Origin: an uncultured Pseudomonadota bacterium | GTDB taxonomy: Bacteria > Pseudomonadota > Gammaproteobacteria > Steroidobacterales > Steroidobacteraceae | Direction of reading: 5' to 3' | DNA: 64,000 bases | Assembly: GCA_903885195.1 (NCBI GenBank) | Contig: CAISHQ010000032.1 | Coordinates: forward strand, 11,192-75,191 | Part shown: positions 37,928 to 48,966 of the stretch, one piece after another | Layout: the number at the start of each line of letters is the position of its first letter | Numbering within the stretch: the first letter of the stretch is position 1 | The notes under the pieces: model-generated | What the model saw: only the letters and a program-made list of their open reading frames with translations | Told to the model about the DNA's origin: nothing | Databases searched by the model: none | Position numbers and translations under genes: made by a program

Positions 37928-38944
37928 TCAGCGTGCTCGTCGAGCCAGCGCGGCGCCGGCGCCGAGCGCCTGCAACTTGCCGCGTGCGAGCGCGGCGGGC
38001 AACGGTGCCATGCCGCAGTTGGTACAGGGGATGAGACGCGCGGAGTCCACGTGTCGCGTTGCTTCGAGGATGTTGTGGGCCACCTCTTCAGCGCTCTCGA
38101 GCTTGCCGGGCAGCACTTCGATGGCGCCAACGAGCAGCGTCTTGTCGGGCAGCAGGCGCAGCACCTCATGTGGCACGCGCGAGCCGGCAAATTCCAGTGA
38201 CACCTGCTGCACGCTGCTCGCGTTGATCCAGGGAAAGATCTGCTCGTACTGCCGCCATTGGTCGCCGAGCGAGGCCTTCCACTGCATGTTGGCTTCGATA
38301 CCGTAGCCGTAGCAGATGTGCACGACGGTCGTTGCCCGCAGGCCCTGCATCGCGCGCTCGAGCGCAGGCAAGCCCCACTCGCGGACTTCTTCGAGGAAGA
38401 CGTTGAACGCAGGCTCGTCGAACTGAATGACCTCGGCGCCGGCTGCTTCGATTTCGCGCGCCTCGGCGTTGAGCAGTTCTGCAAAGCGCATGGCCATGTC
38501 AGCGCGCCGACCGTAGTAGCCGTCGGCGAGCGTGTCGCAGATCGTCATTGGCCCGGGAAGAGTAACTTTCAATTTCTGCGTGGTGTGCCGGCGCATGAAG
38601 GCCGCGTCGGGCACATGCACGGGCCCTGGCCGATGCAGCGGTCCCGTGACGGTGGGCACGTCCGCTTCGTAGCGGTTGTTGCGGATGCCCATGCGCGTCT
38701 TGCGCGTCCAGTCGATGCCGTCGAGACCCTCGAGAAAGCCGTGCACAAAGTGCATGCGGAACTGCTCGCCGTCACCGACGATGTCGATGCCGGCCGCTTC
38801 CTGCTCACGCAGCCACTCCAGGGCGGCGCGTTCTTTCGCTCGTTGCAGTTCATCACCCGAGAGGCGCCAGGCCGCCCAGAGTTTCTCCGGTTCGGCGAGC
38901 CAGTCGGGTTTCGGCAGACTGCCGACGGTCGTGGTGGGGAACAT
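37928..38944 (-). CDS. Cobalamin-independent methionine synthase II (MetE C-terminal domain-like) family protein
   Basis: FPTTTVGSLPKPDWL..., IDIVGDGE, VIQFDEPA, HICYGY and PCTNCGM are Zn/substrate motifs of the MetE catalytic domain. At 338 aa it is a single-domain form. Confidence 0.8.
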   Translation of the reverse strand: MFPTTTVGSLPKPDWLAEPEKLWAAWRLSGDELQRAKERAALEWLREQEAAGIDIVGDGEQFRMHFVHGFLEGLDGIDWTRKTRMGIRNNRYEADVPTVTGPLHRPGPVHVPDAAFMRRHTTQKLKVTLPGPMTICDTLADGYYGRRADMAMRFAELLNAEAREIEAAGAEVIQFDEPAFNVFLEEVREWGLPALERAMQGLRATTVVHICYGYGIEANMQWKASLGDQWRQYEQIFPWINASSVQQVSLEFAGSRVPHEVLRLLPDKTLLVGAIEVLPGKLESAEEVAHNILEATRHVDSARLIPCTNCGMAPLPAALARGKLQALGAGAALARRAR

Positions 38945-39184
38945 CGCGCGGCATCGTAGCAACGCACCGCGAGCCGCCGCCTGATGCGGCAGCTCACGCT
39001 CACCTAGTGGATTGGCGAGCGGGTGGATCTCGGGGCCCTAAACGGCCCCGGGCGAGACGGACCTTTCAGCCCGCCTCGCCCGGATCGTCCTTGGACGTTT
39101 GGCATCCTTGCCACCCTCCCGTCCTTGGGAGGGGTGGGCATCACGGCGAGGCGATGCCCGATTCCAAATCGGTCAGTCGACTGC

Positions 39185-39673
39185 TCAGTTCGGCAGCAGC
39201 ACCGTGTCGACGGCCACGACCACGCCGTTGTCGGCGTTGTAGTCACCGGTGACGCGGGCGCCATCGACGCGCAGGCGGCCACGCACGAGCTCGAACTTCA
39301 CTTCTTCACCGGCGACGGTCTTGGCGCTGCGAGCGCGCTTCATGTCGTCGGCTTCCAGTGCCTTGCCCGGAACCACGTGGTTGGTGAGGATCTTGACCAG
39401 CTGGTCCTTGTTCTCGGGACGCAGCAGCGCCTCGAGCTGGGCGGGCGGCAGCTTCGCGAAGGCCTCGTCGGTCGGCGCGAAGATTGTCACCGGGCCCTGG
39501 GCGGTCAGGGCGCTTTGCAGACCGGCGACTTCGATGGCCTTGGCGAGGGTCGTAAAGTTACCCTTCTCCTTGGCGACATCGAGGACGGTGGACGAACCGG
39601 AGGCGGAGGCTACCGCCGAACCTGCGACGAGCAGGGCGGCGACGAGCGCGAATTTGCTGTTGAAACGGGTCAT
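39185..39673 (-). CDS. Secreted fasciclin (FAS1) domain protein
   Basis: Signal peptide. FTTLAKAIEVAGLQSALTAQGPVTIFAPTDEAFAKLP and VVAVDTVLLP are the FAS1 H1/H2 motifs. Confidence 0.88.
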   Translation of the reverse strand: MTRFNSKFALVAALLVAGSAVASASGSSTVLDVAKEKGNFTTLAKAIEVAGLQSALTAQGPVTIFAPTDEAFAKLPPAQLEALLRPENKDQLVKILTNHVVPGKALEADDMKRARSAKTVAGEEVKFELVRGRLRVDGARVTGDYNADNGVVVAVDTVLLPN

Positions 39674-39798
39674 TGCAGTACTCCTGAGTGGGCTGCCTCG
39701 TGGGCGGCCTTTAGTGCGGTTTAAGGCGTACCGCGATCCTGCGTACGCTGCCATCAACGGAATGAAGGATGACAGACAGCGATGAACCTGTCAAGATG

Positions 39799-39821
39799 TT
39801 GTACATGGTAAGGCTGTACAA
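39799..39821. promoter_or_regulatory. Perfect dyad TTGTACA-N9-TGTACAA, candidate operator of the adjacent MerR/CarH-type regulator
   Basis: Seen directly 15 nt upstream of the regulator ATG (39836), in the lowest-GC stretch of the fasciclin/regulator divergent intergenic region. Confidence 0.5.
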
Positions 39822-39835
39822 GAGTTGAACAAGGC

Positions 39836-40777
39836 ATGAACAAACCCGTCTCATCGCCGCGTTCCGTCGGCCAATTCACCATCAAGGCCGTCGCTCAGGC
39901 GACCGGCCTCACCGTCGAGACCCTGCGGGCCTGGGAACGGCGCTACGAGGTGGTCACCCCCTCTCGCGACGGCTCAGGCCGCCGCACCTACTCCGCCGCC
40001 GACGTCGCCCGCCTGCGCTTGCTGCGCACGGCCACCGAGCTCGGCCACACCATCAGCCGGCTTGCGCATCTGGGCGAAGACGACCTCGCAAAGTTGGTGG
40101 CGGATTCGGGCGGCCAGGCGCGCCCTGGGCCCACCCGCGGCCAGTCGTATGTAGAGCGGGCCATCGATGCGGCCGAGCACTCCGACCCGTCGGGCGTCGA
40201 AGAGGTGCTGACCTCTGCCGTCGCATTGCTGCCGCCTAACGAGGTCGTCAACACCATCCTCGTGCCGCTCTTGCGCGAAGTGGGTGAGCGCTGGCATCGA
40301 GGCGAGGTGTCGATCGCGCAGGAGCACATGGTCACTGACATCGTGCGTCGGCTCATCATCTCCGTCTCGCGCGGCTACCTGCGCAGTGACAACGGCCCAT
40401 GTTTGGTGCTCGCCACCTTGTCGGGCGAGCGTCACGAACTCGGCATTCTCATGTGCAGTTGGCTGGCGGCGACGCGCAGGTTCCGTACCCACTACCTGGG
40501 GGTCGACTGTCCGCCGCTCGAGATCGCACGCTTCGCACTCGAGGTCGAGGCGCGGGCCGTGCTGGTGTCGCTCGTGATGCCCGAGAACGAAGTGCCGGCG
40601 CTGTCGCAGTTGTCGCAGCTGGCCGAGGAACTGCGCGGTCGCTGCGAGGTGTGGGTGGGCGGCTTTGCGGCCCGCATGCTCAGTGCCGAGGAGCTACCGG
40701 CCGGCTGCGTGCTGCTGCCGACGGGCGGTGATTTCGAGCAGCGCCTCGATTTGCTCGCTGCACAGTTTTACTCCTAA
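39836..40777 (+). CDS. MerR-family transcriptional regulator with a C-terminal cobalamin-binding domain (CarH/LitR-type candidate light sensor)
   Basis: The N-terminal MerR HTH is FTIKAVAQATGLTVETLRAWERRY. W-x9-EH is present (RWHRGEVSIAQEHM). The B12 signature E-x-H-x-x-G (ERHELG), x41, S-x-V (SLV), x27, GG was counted directly in the translation. Confidence 0.8.
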   Translation: MNKPVSSPRSVGQFTIKAVAQATGLTVETLRAWERRYEVVTPSRDGSGRRTYSAADVARLRLLRTATELGHTISRLAHLGEDDLAKLVADSGGQARPGPTRGQSYVERAIDAAEHSDPSGVEEVLTSAVALLPPNEVVNTILVPLLREVGERWHRGEVSIAQEHMVTDIVRRLIISVSRGYLRSDNGPCLVLATLSGERHELGILMCSWLAATRRFRTHYLGVDCPPLEIARFALEVEARAVLVSLVMPENEVPALSQLSQLAEELRGRCEVWVGGFAARMLSAEELPAGCVLLPTGGDFEQRLDLLAAQFYS

Positions 40778-40865
40778 GTTCGCTTGACGATTCTTGACCT
40801 GCGGGGTTGACCGCTGCAGTTGAGAACGGTGGCAACGGCCGAGCAGTCGGCGTAGCCTCTGCACC

Positions 40866-42638
40866 ATGAGAGGGTTTCTGCAACGGTGCTTGATCGTTGT
40901 CGCGGCTGCCGCGCTCGCGTCCTGCGGCGGTGGCGGTGGCTCGTCCGGTGGCTCCTCGGGCTCGAGCATCTCCGCGCCTCCGGTCAGCAAGGTCGAAGCC
41001 TTCCGCTTCCTCAATCAGGGTGGCTTCGGCGCCACCGAAGCTGAGGCCTCGCGCCTTATCGCGCTCGGCGATTCGAATACCGCTTACACGCGCTGGATCG
41101 ATGCGCAGGTCGCCAAACCCGCCTCGCTGTTGCTGCCTGCGCTCGAGGCTGCTTATCCGAATCCGGTTCCGCAGGGATTCAACATCGGCAGCCTCAATGC
41201 CGTGCGCCTCGAGACCTGGTTCAACAACGTCGTCTACGGCGAAGATCAGCTGCGCCAGCGCGTGGCCTTCGCGCTCTCTGAAGTTATGGTGGTCTCGCAG
41301 GTCGGCGCGCTGCTCAACCTGCCGAATGCCACCGCAGATTTTCACGACATGCTCGCGCGTAACGCCTTCGGCAACTATCGCACGCTGCTCGAGGAGGTGA
41401 CGTTGCACCCGGCGATGGGCGTGTATCTGTCGATGCTCGGCAACCAGAAGGCTGTCGCCGGCACGAACCTGCGTCCTGATGAGAATTATGCGCGCGAGAT
41501 GATGCAGTTGTTCAGCATCGGCCTCGTCGAACTCAACGTCGACGGCAGCAATCGCCTCGATGCCAGCGGTCAAGCGATTCCGACCTACAACCAGGAGATC
41601 ATCGAAGGCTTCGCGCGCGTCTTCACCGGCTGGAAGTGGGCATGCGCATCGACGGTGACCACCTGCACGTTCGCCAACACGCGGCCGCAGCTCGCCCCCG
41701 CGACCGGCTACAACCAGGTCAAGCCGATGCAGTTGTTCGCCGATCAGCACGAGATCGGCACCAAGCGCTTGCTCAGCTACAGCGGCGTCACCTTGCCGAG
41801 TGCCACCATCCCCGCCAATCAGCCCGGTGCGCAGGATTTGAAGGACGCGCTCGACAACGTTTTCAACCACCCGAACGTCGGTCCGTTCATTTCCCGCCAG
41901 TTGATCCAGAAGCTCGTGACCAGCAATCCCTCGCCTGCGTACGTGCAGCGTGTCGCCGAGAAGTTCAATAACGATGGCAGCGGCCGGCGCGGCAATCTTG
42001 AGGCGGTGGTGCGCGCGATTCTGCTCGACAGCGAGGCGCGCGGTGCAGCCACGGGCGCGCAGGCCGCCTATGCCGGCAAGCTGAAGGAACCGCTGCTGCG
42101 ACTGACGCAATTGTGGCGCGCCTACAATGCCCGTTCGGCGAGCGGCAAGATCGGCGCGGCGCGCAACTTCGCCGGTGGCGCTGCCGCCGTGTTCGGTCAG
42201 GCGCAGGGCTCCTCGCCCTCGGTGTTCAATTTTTTCAGCCCCTTCTTCGCGTCCTCGGGTGAGATTGCCGATGCGGGTCGCGTGGCGCCCGAGATGCAAA
42301 TCGCCACCGAGTATGCGAACACGCAGATCGCGAATTTTTTCTGGGTGCAGTCGCTGAGTCGAACTCAACTGGCGACCACCTTGAACGCGGATGACATGTT
42401 CATCAACACCACCGATGAGCTCGCCATCGCCGCCGACTCCGAGGCGCTCGTCAACCGAGTCGCCGAGAAGCTGCTCGGCGGCAGCACACAGATGTCGGCG
42501 GCGCTGAAGAGCGAGACGAAAGCGCAGATCGAACGCACGGCGGTGCCGACCACTAACCCGACGACGGCACTCGCCACGCGTACCGCGGACGCCATTTATT
42601 TGATCATCACGTCGCCCGAATTCGCGTTGCAACGCTGA
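40866..42638 (+). CDS. DUF1800 domain-containing protein (lipoprotein-like N-terminus)
   Basis: Its size, N-terminal AALASCGGGGGSS and position immediately upstream of a DUF1501 gene form the conserved pair. Motifs such as HPAMGVYLSMLGN and ENYAREMMQLFSIG are typical of the family. Confidence 0.75.
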   Translation: MRGFLQRCLIVVAAAALASCGGGGGSSGGSSGSSISAPPVSKVEAFRFLNQGGFGATEAEASRLIALGDSNTAYTRWIDAQVAKPASLLLPALEAAYPNPVPQGFNIGSLNAVRLETWFNNVVYGEDQLRQRVAFALSEVMVVSQVGALLNLPNATADFHDMLARNAFGNYRTLLEEVTLHPAMGVYLSMLGNQKAVAGTNLRPDENYAREMMQLFSIGLVELNVDGSNRLDASGQAIPTYNQEIIEGFARVFTGWKWACASTVTTCTFANTRPQLAPATGYNQVKPMQLFADQHEIGTKRLLSYSGVTLPSATIPANQPGAQDLKDALDNVFNHPNVGPFISRQLIQKLVTSNPSPAYVQRVAEKFNNDGSGRRGNLEAVVRAILLDSEARGAATGAQAAYAGKLKEPLLRLTQLWRAYNARSASGKIGAARNFAGGAAAVFGQAQGSSPSVFNFFSPFFASSGEIADAGRVAPEMQIATEYANTQIANFFWVQSLSRTQLATTLNADDMFINTTDELAIAADSEALVNRVAEKLLGGSTQMSAALKSETKAQIERTAVPTTNPTTALATRTADAIYLIITSPEFALQR

Positions 42639-42651
42639 GGAGCACAGAGCC

Positions 42652-44054
<1,403 letters not shown>

Positions 44055-44058
<4 letters not shown>

Positions 44059-44711
44059 CCGACGGGTCCGGCCAGCGCGCGACGCAGGAAGCGTGCGATG
44101 CCATCCCCGCCTGGATAGGCCGTGACCCGCGTCGGATTTTGGCCGCTGCCGATGCCGCAGTGATAGCGGGCACTCCCCGCGTCTACCCATAGTTCATCGC
44201 CCGCGGCGAGCGTGATTCCGGTATCGCGATCGAGCAGCCGGAATCGGTCCATATTGACGGTGAACCAAAGATTGCGGTGGTGTACGACGCGGCGCACGTC
44301 GAGTTCGAGCATTGCCGCCTCAGCGGCAGGGTCGCCGGCAAGATGCAGCGCCGCAAGCCCAATCACCGGATCGCGCAGGCTTGCGAGCCACTCGGGCGCA
44401 CGCCCTGCGGCCACGACGTCGTCGGTCGTCACTCGAAGGGTGGCCAATGCGATCGGGCGCCGCACATGGAACTCGGGCGCGGCGTAGGCCTGGCAGAGCG
44501 GCTCTAGGTGAGCGGCGCCGGCCCAACCCCAGACCGCGTTGCCGACGGATGGCAGTGCGAGGAGTGCGAGCACGGCCGCCGAGCGACGGATCCAGCGCTG
44601 CCGGCGACTGGCGCCATCGAGTTTGACGACATCCGCGAGCAGCAGCACGAGGAGCGCCGCAGGCACGGCGGCCAAGGCAAGCACGATCGAGCCGAGCGCC
44701 AGATCGTTCAC
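44055..44711 (-). CDS. Hypothetical membrane-anchored protein
   Basis: There are two N-terminal hydrophobic segments and no recognised family. Its 3' end overlaps the DUF1501 3' end by 4 nt (convergent). Confidence 0.5.
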
Positions 44712-44721
44712 GCGCGTTCCG

Positions 44722-46083
44722 TCACAGGATGTATCGGCTCAGATCTTCGTTATCGGACAACTCGCCGAGGCTGCGATCGACGTAGGCCGCATCGATGACG
44801 ATGTGGGATCCCGATTGCTCGCTCGCATCGAAGGAGAGACTTTCGAGCAGGCGCTCCATCACCGTGTGCAGACGCCGAGCACCGATATTCTCGGTACGCT
44901 CATTCACGTGGCAGGCGATTTCCGCGAGGCGCCGTACCCCGTCCTGCGTGAACTGCACGCTCACGCCTTCGGTCTGCAGCAGAGCGGTGTATTGCGTCGT
45001 CAGCGAGGCATCCGGTTCCGTGAGGATGCGCACGAAATCTTCGACCTCGAGCGGCTCGAGCTCGACGCGAATCGGGAAGCGTCCCTGCAACTCAGGAATC
45101 AGATCCGAAGGCTTGGCGACATGGAATGCCCCGGACGCGATGAACAGCACGTGATCTGTCTTGATCGGCCCGTACTTGGTGGTCACCGTACAGCCTTCGA
45201 CGAGCGGCAGCAGATCACGCTGTACGCCCTCGCGCGACACGTCAGCGCCGTAGGTGTCCTGTCGACGGCAGACCTTGTCGATTTCGTCGATAAACACGAT
45301 GCCGTTCTGTTCGGCATTGCGCACCGCCGCTGCACGCAGTTCCTCTTCGTTCAGCAGCTTGCCGGCCTCTTCGTCGAGCAGCAGCTTCGCCGCCTCACGC
45401 ACCTTCATCTTGCGCGGACGTGATTTGCCGGCGCCGAGGTTCTGGAACATCGACTGCAATTGCTGCTGCATCTCTTCCATGCCGGGCGGAGCCACAATCT
45501 CCATGCCTGCCACGGGACTGCGCAGTTCGATCTCGATCTCGCGTTCGTCGAGAGTGCCCTCGCGCAGCATCTTGCGAAACTTCTGTCGCGTGTCGGCATC
45601 ACGCGGCGCAACCGGTTCGTCGGTGGAAAAGCCCATCAACCGCGGTTTCGGCAGCAGCGCATCGAGAATGCGCTCCTCGACCGCATCGGCTGCGCGATCA
45701 CGCACCCGGCCGAGTTCCGCCTCGCGGGTCATTTTCATCGAGGCGTCGATCAGCTCCTTGACGATGGAGTCGACGTCGCGACCGACGTAACCCACTTCGG
45801 TGAACTTGGTCGCTTCGACCTTGACGAAGGGTGCACGGGCGAGTCGAGCGAGGCGCCTCGCAATCTCGGTCTTGCCACAGCCCGTAGGGCCGATCATCAG
45901 GATGTTCTTGGGGGTGATCTCCGTGCGCAGCGCTTCGGTCACCTGCATGCGCCGCCAGCGGTTGCGCAACGCGATCGACACGGCACGTTTGGCCGCATCC
46001 TGGCCAACGATGTGCTTATCGAGTTCGGCGACGATTTGTCGAGGCGTCAGGCTGGAGCCGTCGGGTGCGGTTTGGCTGTTCAC
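44722..46083 (-). CDS. hslU: ATP-dependent protease ATPase subunit HslU
   Basis: [34 protein letters not shown], Walker [16 protein letters not shown], and FIDEIDK. Confidence 0.97.
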   Translation of the reverse strand: MNSQTAPDGSSLTPRQIVAELDKHIVGQDAAKRAVSIALRNRWRRMQVTEALRTEITPKNILMIGPTGCGKTEIARRLARLARAPFVKVEATKFTEVGYVGRDVDSIVKELIDASMKMTREAELGRVRDRAADAVEERILDALLPKPRLMGFSTDEPVAPRDADTRQKFRKMLREGTLDEREIEIELRSPVAGMEIVAPPGMEEMQQQLQSMFQNLGAGKSRPRKMKVREAAKLLLDEEAGKLLNEEELRAAAVRNAEQNGIVFIDEIDKVCRRQDTYGADVSREGVQRDLLPLVEGCTVTTKYGPIKTDHVLFIASGAFHVAKPSDLIPELQGRFPIRVELEPLEVEDFVRILTEPDASLTTQYTALLQTEGVSVQFTQDGVRRLAEIACHVNERTENIGARRLHTVMERLLESLSFDASEQSGSHIVIDAAYVDRSLGELSDNEDLSRYIL

Positions 46084-46625
46084 GCGCGCAGCTCCTCGAT
46101 CACCAGATTGCGATTGGTGTAGATGCAGATGTCGGCGGCGATGTTCAGCGCGCGCTCAACGATCTCCCGCGCCGGCAGATCGGTGTTCTCGAGCAGGGCC
46201 CGCGCTGCGGCCTGCGCGAAGGCGCCGCCCGAGCCGATGGCCACCAAGTCGTGCTCCGGTTCGATGACGTCGCCGTTGCCCGAGATGACGAACAGTTTGT
46301 TCGGGTCACCCACGAGCAGGAGCGCCTCGAGTCGTCGCAGATAGCGATCGGAGCGCCAGTCCTTGGCGAGCTCGATAGCAGCGCGTGTGAGGTTGCCGAA
46401 CTTGTCGAGCTTGCCTTCGAAGCGCTCAAACAGCGTGAACGCGTCGGCCGTGCCGCCGGCGAAGCCACCGAGCACCTTGCCTTGCCCGAGCGGGCGCACC
46501 TTGCGGGCATTGCCCTTCATGACCGTGGTGCCTAGGGTCACCTGACCGTCGCCGCCGATGGCCACGACTCCGTCGCGGCGCACGCCGAGGATGGTCGTAC
46601 CGTGTGGATTGAATGTGTCGCTCAT
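46080..46625 (-). CDS. hslV: ATP-dependent protease peptidase subunit HslV
   Basis: [23 protein letters not shown] includes the N-terminal Thr nucleophile. ATGA overlap with hslU. Confidence 0.97.
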   Translation of the reverse strand: MSDTFNPHGTTILGVRRDGVVAIGGDGQVTLGTTVMKGNARKVRPLGQGKVLGGFAGGTADAFTLFERFEGKLDKFGNLTRAAIELAKDWRSDRYLRRLEALLLVGDPNKLFVISGNGDVIEPEHDLVAIGSGGAFAQAAARALLENTDLPAREIVERALNIAADICIYTNRNLVIEELRA

Positions 46626-47539
46626 GTGGGGTCCTTCGGCGGTTTCCTGCGCGCCCGTGGGTGGGCCTGATCGTAGATGCGGGCGAGGTGCTGGAAATCA
46701 AGGTGGGTGTAGACCTGGGTTGTCGCGATGTCGGCGTGGCCGAGCAACTCCTGCACCCCGCGCAGGTCCTGGCTCGATTCGAGCAGATGGGAGGCGAACG
46801 AGTGCCGAAACAGGTGCGGGTGAACATGCAGGGGTACCCCCTGAAGCCGCGCCCAACGGGCAATCCGGGTCTGAATGGTGCGCGGACCGAGTCGACGACC
46901 GTTTCGTCCGACGAACAGCGCCGGCTCACCGGCGGGGGCGAGCGTCTGTCGCTCGCGCAGCCAGTGCTGCAAGGCTTCGAGGGCTTTACGACCCACGGGC
47001 ACGATGCGCACCTTGCGACCCTTGCCGGTGACGCGCACGGTCTGATCCGTCGCATCGAGCGCCTCGAGATCGAGTGCGATGAGTTCGGCAAGACGCAGCC
47101 CGGAGGAATACAGCAATTCCATGATGGCCCGATCCCGCACGGCGAGCGCGTCGTCGGTCGGCATGTCGAGCAGTCGACCCATCTGATCGACATCGAGTGT
47201 GCCGGGCAGGGCGCGGCGACTCTTGGGCGCCCGTACCTCGGCGGCGGGATTCGCGCTCAGTTGTCGTTCACGTTGCAGGAATTTCAGGAACGTGCGGACC
47301 GCGGAGAGCCGTCGCTGTACGCTGCGCGGCGCGAGACCGCCGGCATGCGAGCGGGCCGCGAACAGCCGCAGGTGCTGACTGTCGAGTCGCGACCACTCGT
47401 CGATACCCTGCGTGTCACACCAACGGGACAGTGCTGCGAGTTCACGCAGATAGTTGGCGTGAGTGTGTGGCGAGAGTCGGCGCTCACCGGCCAGATGTGC
47501 ACCGAAGCGCTCGATCCAGGCGAGAGCCTCGGGCGTCAC
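46622..47539 (-). CDS. xerC: Tyrosine recombinase XerC
   Basis: The C-terminal catalytic motifs [20 protein letters not shown] and R...[12 protein letters not shown] are present. It has the conserved dapF-DUF484-xerC context, so it is housekeeping and not a phage integrase. Confidence 0.9.
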   Translation of the reverse strand: MTPEALAWIERFGAHLAGERRLSPHTHANYLRELAALSRWCDTQGIDEWSRLDSQHLRLFAARSHAGGLAPRSVQRRLSAVRTFLKFLQRERQLSANPAAEVRAPKSRRALPGTLDVDQMGRLLDMPTDDALAVRDRAIMELLYSSGLRLAELIALDLEALDATDQTVRVTGKGRKVRIVPVGRKALEALQHWLRERQTLAPAGEPALFVGRNGRRLGPRTIQTRIARWARLQGVPLHVHPHLFRHSFASHLLESSQDLRGVQELLGHADIATTQVYTHLDFQHLARIYDQAHPRARRKPPKDPT

Positions 47540-48162
47540 ACCGCAGGCTCGACCCCGCAGCGGGCGAGGGCGGCCGCCACGAGCTCACCGATGCGAACCA
47601 GAAAATCTGTGCTGACGCCCGGATTGAAGCGATCGGCATCGCTGCTGCCGAGCACGAGTACGCCGCGTGTTGCGCCGGCTCCGAGCGGAATGATGGCCAT
47701 CGAGCGCAGTTCGGTGGCCTCTGCACCGAACAGGGCCGCCCGCTGATGCTCAGCGAAGTGCCCGCAGCGAGGTCGGCCTGCGCTCCACACCGACTCGAGA
47801 CCGGCTGTGTCAGGTGCCCGTTGCAGCAGACGCACTGGGGTCACCGCGAAATCCTCGTGCATCGAGGCCGTGACCTGTGCCTCGACCTCGCTGGCCGTGC
47901 CGGCGTGCAGCAGACGCAGGGCGAGCTGGTGGACGCGCCCGGTGAGTGACTCATTATCGCGCGCGACGCGCACGAGCTCCGCGAGCCGCTCGCGACTGGC
48001 GGCCTGTCTCTCACGCAATACCTTGACCTGTCTCTCCACGAGCGACACCGCGCCGCCCGGGGGCGCGTGCGACACGGTGAGCGTCTCGAGTAAATGCGGG
48101 TGTTCGTCAAAGAATTCCGGATGGGCTTCGAGATATTCCTTGACGGTTTTGGCATCGATCAT
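47536..48162 (-). CDS. DUF484 (YigA-like, GAF-like) family protein
   Basis: VKEYLEAHPEFFDEHPHLLETL is the typical DUF484 N-terminus. It has the conserved position between dapF and xerC. Confidence 0.85.
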   Translation of the reverse strand: MIDAKTVKEYLEAHPEFFDEHPHLLETLTVSHAPPGGAVSLVERQVKVLRERQAASRERLAELVRVARDNESLTGRVHQLALRLLHAGTASEVEAQVTASMHEDFAVTPVRLLQRAPDTAGLESVWSAGRPRCGHFAEHQRAALFGAEATELRSMAIIPLGAGATRGVLVLGSSDADRFNPGVSTDFLVRIGELVAAALARCGVEPAV

Positions 48163-48165
48163 CAG

Positions 48166-48966
48166 TCACTCTCCGATTTCGCCGCGGAACGATACGGCGG
48201 CAGGGCCGGTCATCCACAGCGGTTCACCTGCGCCAGGCCAGCACAACGACAGCGTTCCGCCCGGCAGTGCAATGGCGACTTCTTCGTCGAACGCGCCCGC
48301 GCGTCGCCCGGCGGCCATGGCCGCGCAGGCGCCCGTGCCGCAGGCTCGCGTTTCGCCGACGCCCCGTTCATAGACTCGCAACTTCGCATGGCGTCGATCG
48401 ACGATCTGCAGGAAGCCCACGTTGGTGCGTGCCGGAAAGCGCGGGTGTGATTCGAGTCTTGGGCCAAGCTGCGCAACCGGTGCCGCGTCGATGTCCTCGA
48501 CCTCGAGCACGATGTGCGGATTGCCCATCGAAACCTCGGTGAAGGTGATGTTCTGCGCATCGAGCTGCAGATGACTGCGACCCGTCGAGGCAAAGCGCGG
48601 CTCACCCATGTTCACGGCGACGATGCCGGGCGCGGTGAAGCGCGCTTCGATGATTCCGCCGCGACTCTCGAGGCGCAGCAGATCCGTGCCGCAGCGATCG
48701 TGCCGCCGCAGCCACTCGGCCACGCAGCGCGCGCCGTTGCCGCATTGCTCCACTTCGCCGCCGTCGGCATTGAAGATACGGTAGTAGGCGAGGGTGTGCG
48801 CGGTGCGCGGCGGCAGGATGACGAGTGCCTGATCGAAGCCGATACCGGTGTGCCGATCAGCGAGTTCGCGCCAGTCTGCGGCGGTCGGCAATGACGCCTC
48901 GTGTTGCGCCTCGAACACCATGAAATCGTTGCCGAGGCCGTGCATCTTGGTGAATGCGAGGCTCAT
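48166..48966 (-). CDS. dapF: Diaminopimelate epimerase
   Basis: FTKMHGLGNDFMVF, both catalytic Cys contexts (EQCGNGARC and ACGTGACA), and MGNPH. The internal ATG at 48966 forms an ATGA overlap with the upstream gene. Confidence 0.93.
   Translation of the reverse strand: MSLAFTKMHGLGNDFMVFEAQHEASLPTAADWRELADRHTGIGFDQALVILPPRTAHTLAYYRIFNADGGEVEQCGNGARCVAEWLRRHDRCGTDLLRLESRGGIIEARFTAPGIVAVNMGEPRFASTGRSHLQLDAQNITFTEVSMGNPHIVLEVEDIDAAPVAQLGPRLESHPRFPARTNVGFLQIVDRRHAKLRVYERGVGETRACGTGACAAMAAGRRAGAFDEEVAIALPGGTLSLCWPGAGEPLWMTGPAAVSFRGEIGE

Noticed and set aside
38945-39184. A cobalamin (or SAM/SAH) riboswitch upstream of the MetE-like gene.
   Set aside because: I looked for the B12-box (AGxCAGGAGACCTGCC-like) and the GGGAA...GGTG.AAATCC...CCCGCCACTG core on the minus strand and could not find them. 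Only a vague GGGAGGGTGGCAAGGATGCC resemblance exists. No SAM-II or SAH core was recognisable either. The region is kept only as an unclassified structured region.
46622-47539. A tyrosine recombinase as a marker of an integrated mobile element.
   Set aside because: It sits in the conserved housekeeping dapF-DUF484-xerC context and is translationally coupled on both sides. There is no flanking tRNA, direct repeat, phage gene or compositional shift. It is the chromosomal XerC.
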